Positions 13,655 to 28,684 are shown, counted from the stretch's first letter. The stretch: DNA of 64,000 bases from Eledone cirrhosa (GCA_964016885.1 OZ024749.1:2418001-2482000), one strand, 5' to 3'. Program-made: numbers and translations. Notes: generated from the letters alone by a model not told the origin.

Positions 13655-13789
13655 AAGATAGAATAAGATATCTCATAGTGTCGAGGTTAAACAGTTTCGA
13701 TATGTATCTTCAGTTGTCCATACACACGGATAAAACGTGGTTCCTATATCTGGATATATGGGATAGTGAGAGAGTGTGAGTGAAATGTC

Positions 13790-13800
<11 letters not shown>
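13655..13800. repeat. ~140-bp segment duplicated at 15268-15410
   Basis: ataagatatctc..gtcgaggttaaacagtttcgatatgtatcttcagttg..gtctcatctctc present in both. Confidence 0.85.
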
Positions 13801-13846
<46 letters not shown>

Positions 13847-14044
13847 CTCTCTCTCTCTCTCTTTCACTTACATATGCACATATAGGTGTGGGCGTATGTC
13901 TGCATATATTTATATATGATTTTTTGTATATATATATATATATATATATATTCCTGGATTTAAACAAAATATCACAAACACATATGTATGTATATGTTGC
14001 CTTATGTATCTCTCTCCATATATGTATACGTATACACACACACA

Positions 14045-14152
<108 letters not shown>

Positions 14153-14689
14153 AATACGTATATATAGATATATATGTATACGTATATATATATATATATA
14201 CGTATAGATATATAGATATAGATATATATACGTGTGTCAGTAAATGAAGGTATGTGTGTCTGTGTTGATGTATCGCAGCACATTCATTCACAGATTAGAC
14301 ATTTCTTGGGGTACGTGATCTCCTAGCTAAGTACATTACTTTAAAGAATATATATTAGGTTAAATAAACGATCAAGCAAACGTGATAATTTAGTTAGTAG
14401 TTTGTACGTTACGAGAGTTCACTTTGTTTGAGATCTGAGACAATTCAACACAGGCGCCATCTTAACGTGATATATATATATATATATATACATGCATACA
14501 CACATACATACAAACATACATACATACATAATACATACAAACACACATAGATACATACAATGTAGGAGTAATGAAGACTACACGGAGTGCAATCAACTGA
14601 AACCGTCATCTTTCACTGAATTACAAAGACACGAATGTAGATACAAAAAATATACTGATGTCAACAACAACAACAACAACAACAACACC

Positions 14690-14721
<32 letters not shown>

Positions 14722-14750
14722 CAACAATATTAATAATAATAATATTAATA

Positions 14751-14787
<37 letters not shown>

Positions 14788-14814
14788 CAACTAAAACTAA
14801 AAACTAAAGTCTGT

Positions 14815-15050
14815 CTTGATTTCAGAGGCTTATAAGACCGGTGGTTGTCAAGGTTTACCTGACGTTAAGCGAATCAGTGCTCAAGACCCCCTGGACAAGA
14901 TGACAGTTCCTCGCAGGGTTAAATCCCCGACTATTGCTGGTACTCACTTTCAGCTGGGTACACTGGAGCATCGTGAAATGAAGTGTTTTGCTGAAGACTA
15001 TAACACATATCACTGTCATGATACCTCGACATTATGACCAGAACTCCAAC
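14815..15050 (-). mobile_element. V-SINE/CORE-like SINE remnant
   Basis: Minus strand gcaaaacacttcatttcac..ctccagtgtacccagctg..gagtaccagc..aaccctgcgagg..tccagggg. Confidence 0.6.
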
Positions 15051-15054
15051 ACAA

Positions 15055-15268
15055 TTATAATATTGTTTCTACTATTGGCACAAGGCCAGCAAATCCCCAG
15101 TACATTACTGGTACTTTATTTTATCGACCACGTAAGGATGAAAGGCAAAGTTAACCTCGGCGGGATTTGAACTCAGGCCGTAAAGGGCTGTAACTCTATG
15201 CTGCAAAGCATGGTATCCTAATATCTACGGGTAATTGCTGGCCTTGTGACAAAAGTAGAAACAATTAT
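15055..15268 (-). mobile_element. Main-family SINE (minus) followed by an inverted tail fragment
   Basis: Reverse complement of SINE body with B box, then gggtaattgctggccttgtgacaaaagtagaaac on plus. Confidence 0.85.
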
Positions 15269-15781
15269 AAGATATCTCTTAGTGTCGAGGTTAAACAGTT
15301 TCGATATGTATCTTCAGTTGCACATACACACAGATAAAACGTGTGTTCCTATATCTGGATATATGGGATAGAGAGAGAGAGGGTGAGTGAAGTGTCTCAT
15401 CTCTCTCTCTATCTCTATCTATCTATCTATCTATCTCTCTACTGCCAATGTTTTCTAATTTAGCTGCAAGGCCAACAATTTACGGGGAGGGAAGTCGATT
15501 AAATCGACTCCAGGTCTTCAATAATACTTTATGTTCTCGACCCTCGTATGAAAGTAAATATTATCTCGATGGGATTTAAAAGCAGAATGTGAAAAGGTGT
15601 AATCAAATTCATGTACTAGAGATTTGATTTGTTTGTATCCTATTTCGTGTTATCGGTTGTACTCTTTGTGCTCCGCACCTGTCCCCAATGTAGGGCAAAT
15701 ATTAAAAAACATAAGGATTGACGTCACAATGTGCCAGGCTGTAACACTTCTACTTCACCTCATCATATACTGCCGTACCAA

Positions 15782-15945
15782 ACGTTCTCATGCTTTTCAA
15801 AACTAGAATTCAGACGGAGGGTTTGTGGTTTTTCTAGCATTCCATCTGAATTCTACTTTTGAAAAGCAAAAGAACTGAGAAACTGGTAAAGGGAACAGAT
15901 AAATATTCTTAAAAAGACTCCAGTTGCATTTTCAATTTCTTTTCC
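15782..15945. mobile_element. Foldback of family D element; also at 24978-25110 and 41888-42020
   Basis: gcttttcaaaactagaattcaga...tctgaattctacttttgaaaagc; shared aaaagactccagttgcattt. Confidence 0.75.
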
Positions 15946-16032
15946 TTATACTTTCACTCTTAGGACATCTCGTTTTTTTCATTAAAAAAACCCCCTCATT
16001 TTCACATATATATATATAAAATATATTTATAT

Positions 16033-16064
<32 letters not shown>

Positions 16065-16102
16065 GATAAAGAACACAAGAGCGTCTACAACATCAAACAT
16101 TT

Positions 16103-16160
16103 TTTATTGGCTTACAATGTTTCTTCCTTACGTAACCGTAGGATTCTTCAGAGCTATAAA
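16103..16160 (-). ncRNA. Type I hammerhead ribozyme (separate family)
   Basis: TTTATAGCT-CTGAAGA-ATCCTACG.gtta.CGTAAGGAA-GAAA-CATTG-TA|AGCCAATAAA. Confidence 0.65.
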
Positions 16161-16833
16161 AGGGGTTTGATTGGTGTTATGGACTCTATATATATACATA
16201 GATACGTGTGTATGTCTCCGCGAATGAATATATTTATAATGTTTATTGGAAAATGCATATCTCATTGCTTTTGTTTATAAAACAATGTCTCGTATATAAT
16301 TATATAGACCCCCCCCCCACTCACACACGCACATACACCACAGGCATATATACAAACGAAGTAAACATTTAAACTATTCCATTAGTCTCTCTATCAACAC
16401 TTACTCACACATACACTCACTCACAGACATACATACATATAGAGACATTATCTGTTTGAGTAAATAATATTTGATCTCCTGTTTTTATCAGAAGTTCAAA
16501 TCATTGGAGCCTGTTCGGCGACAGCGACCACAGCGGACCTCTCCCATATTGAATTACCATAATTCTCCTTTCGCCTTCCCCGATACATAACTATCACAAA
16601 AAACAATCAGACGCCTATCCTATCGCATTCAACATATATGGCAAACCTTTCTGATGTTTTGGCATGTCTCCTGAGACTACGGGGAGCGGACATCAGGTGC
16701 CGCTAATTTATACAAAGATGGAATGTCTGCTGACGACTCTTGAGACACATTATCATGTACGTTTGTTAAATGACTCTCAAAACGGGAAGATCTGTCATCC
16801 ACTTGCTGATATATTTTAATCACGCATAAACAA

Positions 16834-16866
<33 letters not shown>

Positions 16867-17383
16867 CATATATATATTCACACCTACATACACACACACA
16901 TATGCGGCACGTATGTACACACACACACATATACATACATGTACGTACACACATACACACACATCTATATATATATGCGTGTGTGCGTGCTTCCATGTGT
17001 GTATGTGTGTGTAGGAGTGTATTTGAACGTGGATAATGTAGCAAAGCCGAGTTATTTGCCAACAAATTGGGGAGATCAACTATGATCTCCGTAAGTTGAA
17101 AAAGTCTCGTACATTGAAATTGGTCTGTAAATGGAAGGTGCCGAGCGGATATCCAGGTTCCGTGGCTCTATATGAAGGCCTACACGATATGTTTAAATAT
17201 ACGGATCATAACTCACTCAGGGTTTTTTAATCCATATATGTATATATGTACATGTACAAGTATATGTATATGTATATGTATATGTATGTGTGTATATGTA
17301 CATATACATGTATATATATGTACATACATATGGGTATATGTTTGTATGTGTACATGTATACACCATCCCCGCATATATATATA

Positions 17384-17857
17384 GGGCGGTTAAAATTACC
17401 GAGATCCATGGACGAGTTCTCTCCACCGGTCTCTGTCCCTCATTATCGCTGCCATGTCCTGCGTCTCCAACAGACCAGTGTCTGTCCTTAGGGCATCAAC
17501 ATACGTTAACCTTGGTCTTCCACTTCTAGTGTGTCCATGTAGGGGCTCCCACAGGAGCACTGAGTGCAATGTCAACTCTGGATGTCGGTGAGCATGTCCA
17601 GCTAACCTCAGTCTCCTCTGTGTCACTTTTGAGCTGACTTTTGCGAGGTTTCCATACAGCTCTGAGTTTTTCGTCCTGAGAGTATACTGATTAATGTTCA
17701 GAGCCATCCTCAGCATTCTCGTGTAGCACCCATCCACCATCTGAGTGAGTTTCTTGGCCAGTGTCCAAGTCTCAGACCCGTACAGCAGCACAGACTCCAC
17801 TACAGCAATGAAGAGGCGGATTTTCATGTCTCTACGAAGGTCCGACTCCCACTCCGA

Positions 17858-17860
<3 letters not shown>
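17384..17860 (-). mobile_element. RTE-clade LINE, 5'-truncated 3' end (ORF C-terminus)
   Basis: KIRLFIAVVESVLLYGSETW..DGCYTRMLR..RRLRLAGH..GRPRLTYVD..DRDRWR; uninterrupted; flanked by (TA)n. Confidence 0.93.
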
Positions 17861-17903
<43 letters not shown>

Positions 17904-19004
17904 ATGTGTGTGCAGGGGTAGATTTATCTATACATCTGTGTATGTAAACATGTGAATATCTATCCATGTGTATATCTATACATGTGTGTTTATATATGTG
18001 TGTATATATACATGTATGTATGTATACATATATATATCTATACATGTGTGTATATATACGTGTGTATGTATACATGAGCATGTATACATGTGTGTGTATA
18101 CATGTGTGTATGTATACATGTATATCTATACATGTGTGCATGTATATATGTGTGTATGTATACATGTGTGTGTGTATACATGTGTGTATGTATATATGTG
18201 TGTATGTATACATGTGTGTATGTATATATGTGTGTATGTATATATGTGTGTATATATGTGTATATCTATACATGTGTCTATGTATATATGTGTGTATGTA
18301 TACATGTGTGTATGTATATATGTGTGTATGTATATATGCGTTTATACATGTGTTTATCTATATATGTGTGTATGTATATATGTGTGTATGTATATATGTG
18401 TGTATACATGTGTATATCTATATATGTGTGTATGTATATATGTGTGTATGTATATATGAGTGTATGTATATATTTATATATAAAGGCAACTCATACGAAT
18501 ATCCTGAAATAATTCTTTGTTCTTTTGTATATATTTAATATTTCTTATAAAATGCTATATATTGACTACAAATGATACATTCATACTCTCACATACACGT
18601 ACATATACATACATATATACACTGTCACATACACATATACATACATACATACATACATTAATGGAACAGTAAAAATATGTAAAACATTCCATAAAATTCT
18701 GCATCTAATAACTGCATATACACATGTACAGATACAAAGCATATACACATGCACACATACAACTCAAAACATACACATCCACACATACAATAACATCCAT
18801 ATCTACACATGCATGCAGACATACATATCTACCTAGTTGATGTTGTGTAAATTCCAATGAGAGAGTCTTGTATCTATGTTAGAAACCGACTCTCTCTCTA
18901 TTGGTAAAACTTTGTGAAATTATAAAACCAGAAGAACATACATATACACATACAAACGTACATACACTCTCACATATATATATAAATACATAAATGATGG
19001 CTGC

Positions 19005-19335
19005 CGCCTCGTTATCAAGTATGGCCATAGCACGATATACCACTATTAATAATTATTAATTAATTCTATCGTGCAATGCCTGTGCGTGAAGATATTTTTT
19101 AAAGTGAGGAAAGACTGTGCACTGAGCCAATCCCACTCTCTGAGCGACAGTAGCTATAACCCGTAAAGAAGAAAAAATCAACATCATCGGTAACTACTGA
19201 GCCGCAGGTTTTATATCGGAATTATCCCAGTTTCCTGAGTTGCCTTCTAGAAGAATGCCCTGACAAAGTCTAGGGGTCCTTCACTCCCAGTGGTTTAATC
19301 GCGCGATAGGGTATCCAGCCCAACTTTTTCTATGG
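19005..19335. repeat. Dispersed repeat; direct copy at 19927-20228
   Basis: ctcgttatc..gcgacagtagctataacc..tagaagaatg..ggggtccttcac present in both. Confidence 0.85.
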
Positions 19336-19652
19336 CCCCCGCATATACATACACATGCACCCATGTATATACACATATACATACATATGCACCCATGTAT
19401 ATACGCATATACATACATATGTACATGTGTATATACATATTTACACACTTTCGGAAAGCCGTTGACTCTTATGAGTTCTTCCGTCCTTTGTCAAGTTTTG
19501 ATTTTTGTCCTGCAGAGTGTCCAAAATCACCCTCCTCACCAAGTTAACTTGATGGGGTTGCCGGTTTAGTCGCCGACGACCCGACCGTGCCACAGGTTGT
19601 ACTGGGTTACATGTTACCAGTAGCACTCAAGAGTAACCCGACATATACATAC

Positions 19653-19691
<39 letters not shown>

Positions 19692-21055
19692 CATAAACAC
19701 ATACATACATACTCTCACATACACACACACATACATACATATATACATACACACATACATTCATACATACACTCTCACATACATACATACATACATACAT
19801 ACATACATACACTCTCACGTACACACACGCACATAAATGCATTCATACATACATATATACATACATGCATACACGCACATACACACACACATACACACAC
19901 ACACACACACATACATGTTGGCAGCACTCTCGTTATCGAGTAGGGCCATTGCACGATATACCATTATTGATTAATGTTAATTAATTCCCTCATGCAATGT
20001 CTGTGCGTGACGAATATTTTTAAAGTGAGGAAAGACAGTGCACTGAACCAATCCCACTCTCTGGGCGACAGTAGCTATAACCTGAAAGGAAGAAAAGATC
20101 AACATCATCGGTAACTACTGAGACACAGGTTTTATATAGGAGTTATCCCAGTTTCCTGAGTTGCCTTCTCTAGAAGAATGTCATGACAAAGGCTAGGGGT
20201 CCTTCACACCCAGTGGTTTAACCGTGCGGTACATGTCTATATACATATTTACATATTTATACACATACATACATACACTCGCACGTACACACACACATAT
20301 ATACATTCCTACATACATATATACATACATTCACTCGCACACTGACAAACATATTTATTGCCACGTACCAATACAACAGTTTTTTTTACAGGTAGTCCCC
20401 GAATCAAATTCTCAGTTTTCAATTTCCTATTCTCTTTTCCCTATCGTCAACGTTAAGTATGGGTTCAACGATACCCTGTTATGTACTTCTGTCGAAGTTA
20501 TCTGATGAGACTGTCCTGTCTTGTATCATATTTGGATGATGGAGCTGGGATATGTAGAGGGGTTTCAACGAGCTAAAATTTTAAAACTTATTTTCCAGTT
20601 CGGCCTTCTGTTGTCGTTTATCCCCGGATTTCACAAAATCTATGAATAAAATCTGTCTTGATTTTTTTTGAATTGAGTTTAAATTATTTTCCCACATCTT
20701 ACGTTAATTATTTTTCCATTTTGACGTTAGAGTCACTTATATATTATGAAATACTGTTGTCTTCCTGCTCACAATAATTTCTATACTTTCAATTATATTT
20801 ATACTCGGAATTTTTCCTAGAGTGCTTAAAATTATTTGTGACTAAACCCGGTCTTTAAAAAAAAAAACCGCGATAATATTGCTATTTTGCTGAACTCCTT
20901 ACAATTTGTAGAGTTTTTCGGAATGTTTTTGACTGTTGTTTCTCGTAAATAGACATTCGTCTCATTCTGACGTCATCAGCCATGTCCCTCCATGTCAGTT
21001 TATTTTCCTAATTACGCCCGAGGTGAACTAGCTTAGATATATATATATATATATC

Positions 21056-21316
21056 TAGGGCGGGTAAAATTCCCGAGATCCAAGGACGAGTTCTCTCCAG
21101 CGGTCTCTGTCCCTCATTATCGCTGCCATGTCCTGCATCTCCAACAGACCAGTGTCTGTCCTGAGGGCATCAACATACGTTAACCTTGGTCTTCCTCTTC
21201 TAGTGTGTCCATGTAGGGGCTCCCAAAGGAGTACTGAGTGCAATGTCAACTCTGGATGTCAGTGAGCATGTCCAGCTAACCTCATTCTCCTCTGTGTCAC
21301 TTTTGAGCTGACTTTT
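21056..21316 (-). mobile_element. RTE-clade LINE 3' fragment, same family as 17384-17860
   Basis: KVSSKVTQRRMRLAGHAH*HPELTLHSVLLWEP..GRPRLTYVD. Confidence 0.92.
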
Positions 21317-22662
21317 GGGATGTATATATATGTATGTGTGTGTGTGTGCATTTGCATGTATATATATGTGTGTGTTTGCATGTATATATATGTATGTGTG
21401 TGTGTATCTGTGTTTGCATGTATATATATATATGTGTACGTGTGTGTGTTTGCATGTATATATATATGTACGTGTGTGTTTGTGTGTTTGCATGTATATA
21501 TATATGTGCGTGTGTGTTTGTGTGTTTGCATGTATATATATATGTACGTGTGTGTTTGCATGTATATATATGTACGTGTGTGTGTGTGTTTGCATGTATA
21601 TATATATATGTATGTGTGTATCTGTGTTTGCATGTATATATATATATTTGTACGTGTGTGTGTTTGCATGTATATATATATGTGCGTGTGGGTGTGTGTC
21701 TTTGCATGTATATATATATATACGTGCGTGTGTGTGTCTGCATGTATATATATGTGTGCGTGTGTGTGTATGTTTGCATGTATATATATATATATATTCG
21801 TGTGTGTGTGTTTGCATGTATATATATGTACATGTGTGTGTGTTTGCATGTATATATATATATATGTGCGTGTTTGCATGTATATATATGTGCGTGTGTG
21901 TTTGTGTGTTTGCATGTATATATATGTGCGTGTGTGTTTGTGTGTTTGCATGTATATGTATGTACGTGTGTGTGTGTGTTTGCATGTATATATATGTACG
22001 TGTGTGTGTGTGTTTGCATGTATATATATGTACGTGTGTGTTTGCATGTATATATATATATATATATATATGTCTGTGTGTGTTTGCATGTATATATATA
22101 TATGTATGTGTGTATCTGTGTTTGCATGTATATATATATGTACGTGTGTGTGTTTGCATGTATATATATATGTGCGTGTGGGTGTGTGTCTTTGCATGTA
22201 TATATATATACGTGCGTGTGTGTGTCTGCATGTATATATATGTGCGTGTGTGTGTATGTTTGCATGTATATATATATATATATATTCGTGTGTGTGTGTT
22301 TGCTGTATATATATGTACATGTGTGTGTGTTTGCATGTATATATATATATGTGCGTGTGTGTTTGTGTGTTTGCATGTATATATATGTACGTGTGTGTGT
22401 GTGTTTGCATGTATATATATGTGCGTGTGTGTTTGTGTGTTTGCATGTATATATATGTACGTGTGTGTGTGTGTTTGCATGTATATATATATGTACGTGT
22501 GTGTGTGTGTTTGCATGTATATATATATATATATATGTCTGTGTATGTTTGCATGTATATATATGTATGTTTGTGTGTGTGTGTTTGTATGTGTATATAT
22601 ATACGTGTGTGTGTGTGTGTGTGTGTTTGCATGTATATGTATGTATGTATGTGTGTGTGTGT
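21317..22662. repeat. Microsatellite-derived minisatellite: TTGCATG + (TA)n + (TG)n units
   Basis: Roughly 40 variable-length units anchored by ttgcatgtata; source of the 350-500 aa ORFs. Confidence 0.95.
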
Positions 22663-22875
22663 CAATGGTATTTAATTGTTTGCATTGGTAGACATGTAGA
22701 CATGTAGAACGATTAATGGGCAATTTCCTGTGCAGTTCTGGTGATGTCTTGTAAAGTGTGTTGAGAATACAGCTGACATAAAGATAAAGAAGCTACTGAC
22801 ACTATCACAAGAAACTGATTAGAGAGAGGGAGAAAGATAGGGGGCGACGAGGAGAGTGAGAGAGAGGAGAGGGAG

Positions 22876-22907
<32 letters not shown>

Positions 22908-23394
22908 GGGAGAGAGGGGCGAGGGGCATAGTAGGACGAGAATAAGAATGAGAGAATGATTCACATGAGGAGAAAGTGGTCCGTGGTAACGAGAGTGACT
23001 AAGATATGGTGGCCCATGAGAACGAGAGAAAGAGAGAATGGCACATAGAAACGAGGGTGATGAAAAGAGGGTGGCCCTCGAGAATGTGAGGGAGAGTTAA
23101 GTACGAGAGTCAGAGAGGTTTCAGTAATTAGGTAAATATTGGCTTTGTATAGGTAAATATATAGGAGGCCTGATAATTGGGAGGGAAGTGACAGTGTCGT
23201 ATGTTTCTCGAAAGAAATGAATGAATATCTGATAGTGTACTGAGCTTTTTTTGTTTCAATTAGAAATGATATCTGCTGTCACAACGGTTGCCGTATATAT
23301 ATATATATTACGACAGTGACATAAACTGGTACTTACGTTTCTTTGGGTTCTAGACCACAACTCATTCTACCAAACAGTATATATATATATATAT

Positions 23395-23710
23395 AGGAAA
23401 AAGTATGACCCCGACCGCAGAGCTCAAGCCGTTTCGACGGCTATTTCTGGACTAAATTAGAATTTTTAGCCAGGTGAATAAATAGCCGAGCTTGTCAAGG
23501 GGGTACTTCCTTATATGGGAAGATTGTAGTTGTGAAGAGGATTGGTTAAAATTTGTTATAAACACAAATTTAGTCCAGAAATAGCCGTCGAAACGGCTTG
23601 AGCTCTGCCGTCGGGGTCATACTTTTTCCTATTTCCCACTCTACTACCCTAAGTATTGAGTACTCTGGTGCGTTATGGTCCATCTGGTTCCTTACCACAT
23701 TTCCTTTGTT
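23395..23710. mobile_element. Family C element with inverted arms, between (TA)n tracts
   Basis: 23395-23458 is inverted at 23566-23632. Confidence 0.85.
23408..23504 (-). ncRNA. Type I hammerhead ribozyme with U3-A8 core variant, family C
   Basis: ACCCC(C)-TTGACAA-G.CGGCTATTT..AAATAGCCG.TC-GAAA-CGGC.ttgagctct.GCGG-TC|GGGGT. Confidence 0.7.
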
Positions 23711-24435
23711 ATATATATATATATATATATGTGGGTGTGTATGTGTGTGTGTGTGAGTGTGTGTGTGTGTATAATTAAGAGACGAAGCTTGTCAAATAGA
23801 ACGGACATAGCTTCAGTCGTTTCATCCCTTACTCATTTACCAATTCAGTTTGTATTATTAAAATTTAAACCCAGCTGGCCAGAGAGCACATATACGTTAA
23901 ACAGTGAGGAAGATGACTTTGTGGGTGAGAGCTTTGGGACTGGTGCATCAGTTTCTGCGGTTCCAATCTGTTGGCAGTGTTCTGAAAGGAGCACTCATCT
24001 GCACTTTACGTAATTTGGCGAGGGATCGTGTCGTCAGCGGGAGTTCGCCTTTCTCTAATGTAAAGATCAATAAGGCATCCCACTATTTTCAGTTGCTAGT
24101 CGCAAGTGACTGTAGTAGTTTAAACCTTCTAGTGACGCGTGACGTCGCATCAGAGAGAAGCTAAACTGACTTGACCATTTTACTGGAACACACGTTGGCA
24201 ATTAATTCATATTGAAAAATATGGCGATTGCAAAAAAACACTCTACCAGTGTGATTTCAAATAGAAAACAAATACAGTACAACAAACAATAAAATATAAA
24301 TCCAATTACGTAAACAAAGTGATGTTATATATATATTATAATGAATTAATACCCAACGGCGTTAATATTAGCCGTTAATATACATAAGGAAAGTATATAC
24401 TTTCAGACGTTCAACCATTTGGCAGGAAGGTATAC

Positions 24436-24476
24436 GATGCTGACGATAGCTAATAAGCTTGAAACTAGTAGTGTCA
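24436..24476 (+). ncRNA. Hammerhead-like motif with poor stem I
   Basis: CTGACGA-TAGCT.aata.AGCTT-GAAA-CTAG-TA. Confidence 0.45.
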
Positions 24477-25163
24477 GTGTTGAACAAAAAGGTGACGTGG
24501 TTGCCTAAACACTGTACGGCGTAATCCGGGCCGTTTGTTTACAAACAAACAAACCGAGCATTATAATAAATGTTCGGTAAACCGTTACGTGCATATATAT
24601 ATGTATGCATGTATGTATATACATACATACTACTGTACGTCTGTATAGATATATGTATGTACGTATACATACTTACATCTAAGTAAGTGTCATACTAAGA
24701 GTGAGAAATGAAATTTCGTTTCATTCTATTCTATATATATATATATATATATGTATAAACACAGATTAAAATAATTTTGAAAACCATACAATACATTAGA
24801 AAGAAAATCAATATTGCTAAGATAACAAAGAATCTTACCTTAGCAAATTTGATAATCGCAAATATCTTCGGGTTTAAAAACTCATTATCAAGGGAGTTTC
24901 CCCGAGAGACTTAAAAGATCAATCGGAGTTGACTTGCTTGTTTGGAGAGCAGATTTAAGTATATATACATATATATATGTGAGAAAAACCACAAATCCTC
25001 CATCTCAATTCTACTTTTGAAAAGCAGAAGAACGGAGAAACCGGTAAAGGAACCAATTAAATATATATATTTAAAAAAAAAGACTCCAGTTGCATTTTTG
25101 ATTTCATCTACAGTTTGATTTCATCTTTCTTTTTTCATTTTGTAAATAAACCTCACTTTCTAA

Positions 25164-25339
<176 letters not shown>

Positions 25340-25764
25340 CCTCACTGTGTAGAATCATTTGATTTTCTACATTGATTGCATATTGTCGAGAACTTTGTAG
25401 CATGTGCGTGAAATTCAGTAGACGAAAAATTGCGAAAGTCTGTATGTTGGAACGAAACAATTCTTGTCGCTCGATTCAGCAGAATCCACTTATACCTAGA
25501 GGGACATGAGAGGAGTCCATTCTCATGTCAATATTTGTACCAGGTCACCAGCCTGATGATACCTTGTAAATGCGCCTCATTCGTTTCCCTAATTATTAGT
25601 CCATGAAAATGATCAGGAACGTCTGTACCTCTAATTAATCAGGAAAAAGTATAACAAAATGAACGACTACAACAAAACCGAATGTAGGTGTTTAATATTG
25701 AATTCCTGGCATAAGGTAACCTTAGTAATATTGAATGTCAGCGGCGAATTGATAATCTAAATCT

Positions 25765-25880
25765 TCGAATAGAATGTTTTGCGGTATTTGTTACGGCTCT
25801 TTGCTATCTCAGTTCAAATCCCGCAGTCAACTTCGCCTTTCAGCCTTTCGAAGTCGATAAAAAAAATACCAATCTGGTAT
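25765..25880 (+). mobile_element. Diverged main-family SINE
   Basis: cagttcaaatcccgcagtcaacttcgcctttcagcctttcgaagtcgataaa. Confidence 0.7.
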
Positions 25881-26770
25881 TGGAGAGTATTTAGATTCCG
25901 CCAGGTTTAAAAATGCCGCAAAAGGCTGTATGTCAATATGGCGCCCATACAAGTCTATCAGGAGTTCCATGTCTATAACGTTAAGTGGTTTGTAAATGTG
26001 TCGTGAGAAAAATGAACTGACGATGGTGAAACATAAGTCATCGTTTTTTAAAACCAAACAACTTGGATTCTCTAGGTTTATATTATCCATAGTTATCGAA
26101 AAACCTCCCGACAAAATTATATGTGATATGGCAGCTGGACCTTACTAAGGCTTATAATCCTCTTTTTCGTGGTTGTTGTGGTACATGTTCGGTTTGCCGA
26201 ATTTCGAAGGTGGGTCATGGTTTAGTTTAGCAGGAATCATGAGTAGAAGTTGGCATTCGGTCATATATACGTATATAAGAACATTTGCTAAGTTATACTC
26301 TAAATATTGCTACTTACATTGGTAAGTACATCCAAAGTTGTTAGTTTTCTTTGTCACTCGAAATACTTGGTTATTTAAAAATTAATTAAACCCATAAGAA
26401 TTATAATTTATGAGAAATGTGGTCATGAAAGTGTTAGTTCGAGGATGACTATACAGTTGGATGCTAAATAGTTTATATATATTTACTTAGTTTACACAAA
26501 CACCAAGTCATTATATATACAATTTATAATTAAAACATGAGACTGTCTGTCATTTATAGAACTAAGAGATAACAGATGACACATATTTACAGTTTCAAGT
26601 TGTTTGCTTCCGGACATTATTTCGAAGAGTGTAAGAACTTGTATCATGGCACCAAGCCCCACGCGTGTGTTAGTGTGTGTATATTTGTGTGTGCGTATGT
26701 CTGTATGTGTATGTGTGCACGCATGAAGACTTTCAAAAGTAAATGCAATCTCAAATGTACAAAAAAGTGA

Positions 26771-26851
<81 letters not shown>

Positions 26852-26856
26852 TATAT

Positions 26857-26900
<44 letters not shown>

Positions 26901-26928
26901 ATACACATGTGTGTATATATGTACACGT

Positions 26929-26976
<48 letters not shown>

Positions 26977-27205
26977 AAACGTGTGTATATATATATTTAT
27001 ACAAACGGACATCCATCTACATACAATTCAAGCCATCTTACATGTGTTCAATTAGATGTAGAGACTCGAGCGAGATATCACAAGAAGAGTTATGTACAAG
27101 CACACTCTCACATATGCAAGCAGAGAGACAGACAATCATATACACACATTAACATACACACATAAGTACAAATCCCTAATTCCCTTTCATACACACTGTA
27201 ATTGA

Positions 27206-27253
<48 letters not shown>

Positions 27254-27255
27254 TG

Positions 27256-27336
<81 letters not shown>

Positions 27337-27690
27337 ATGTATGTATGTATTCATGTATTTATGTATAAATACGTGCAAACTTACAGAATGTTTTATTGTA
27401 AGCAATCATCTCTGTAGGTTGTTTGTGAGGTTTTATACTGAGTAACTAGATGGCATATTGTTGTTGGTTGACGGTGAGAATTCCGGATGGCAGCCATTTT
27501 AAACTCTCAAAGGAGCAGACCAAACACTTCCAATTAGATCTGTAGTATTGAAAGAGCAGATCAATCAATGAAAGAAATAAATAGAGACGTATTCCGTGCC
27601 AGCCGACCAAATTAAATGTCGTATTTCTACTTGTTTCTTTCGTTTAGATAAGTGCATGTGTGGATGTATGTATATGGCTGTACGGTTTCG

Positions 27691-27733
<43 letters not shown>

Positions 27734-28058
27734 CTTTCAATAGATATATATATATATATATATATAAAGAGAGAGAGCGAGAGATGTGTATGTGTGGGAC
27801 CCTGTGTGTGGTGTAGGTGTGATATAAGTGGGTGATTGAACTGGGCAGCTTTAAAGGATGCAAACAATGTAAGTTGTTTGGCCCCAGCGGGTTGTTAGTT
27901 TTCTCTTTTTTTTTCACAAGGAAATGCTCTGATCTGTCTAATTAGTGCTGACATATATCGGCGATCAACCCGTGGAATTCAAAAGAGCAGTCGACATGTT
28001 CTGTGTATACCTTCAGTTGTTGAAGCGGCGCTTTCTTAATTCACCTTTAGAATACATT

Positions 28059-28189
<131 letters not shown>

Positions 28190-28290
28190 AATATATGTGT
28201 GTGTATCTGTGTGGGTGTTTGTAAGTGTTTGGTTATATAAAATTATGTACATATATACATCCAATCACTCGCATATATACATACACCTGC

Positions 28291-28362
<72 letters not shown>

Positions 28363-28684
28363 CAAATGAAAAGATGGAGTTAAAGACTCGCGTTAATCCG
28401 CTCTAAATTAATGAGCTCAAGGATAAGTTCCTCTCTCTTCATAATACAGTATATAGAGAAGAAAACACAAATAGGTATGTTTTCAATTACGAGAGGTAGA
28501 GAAGCACTAGAGTGAAAAACATGAAATCTTCGAAGGAGTTGAAAATACATATTAATTAAAAGAATAAATCAAAAGATCAACCTTTATAACTATAAAATAC
28601 TTGGAAAAACTCTAATAAGAGAATGTTTCACCATAAAAAGTGTCGAACCCATGCCATTTAGGGCTTCTCAACAGGTGTTAAGAC

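Noticed and set aside
13685-13720. Minus-strand CTGAAGATACATATCGAAAC (also ~15300)
   Set aside because: Stem II overlaps the core and there is no stem I; at best a relic.
20500-20530. CTGATGA-GAC..GTC
   Set aside because: No GAAA or stem III. The same holds for 25553, 37668 and 45858.
21200-22723. Six overlapping 350-500 aa ORFs
   Set aside because: Dinucleotide-based satellite lacking stop codons in all frames.
24855-24900. TTGATAA..GAAG motif on minus
   Set aside because: GAAA is altered and stems I and III are unsupported.
25827-26114. 95 aa ORF
   Set aside because: Its 3' end runs into a SINE and no family is recognisable.
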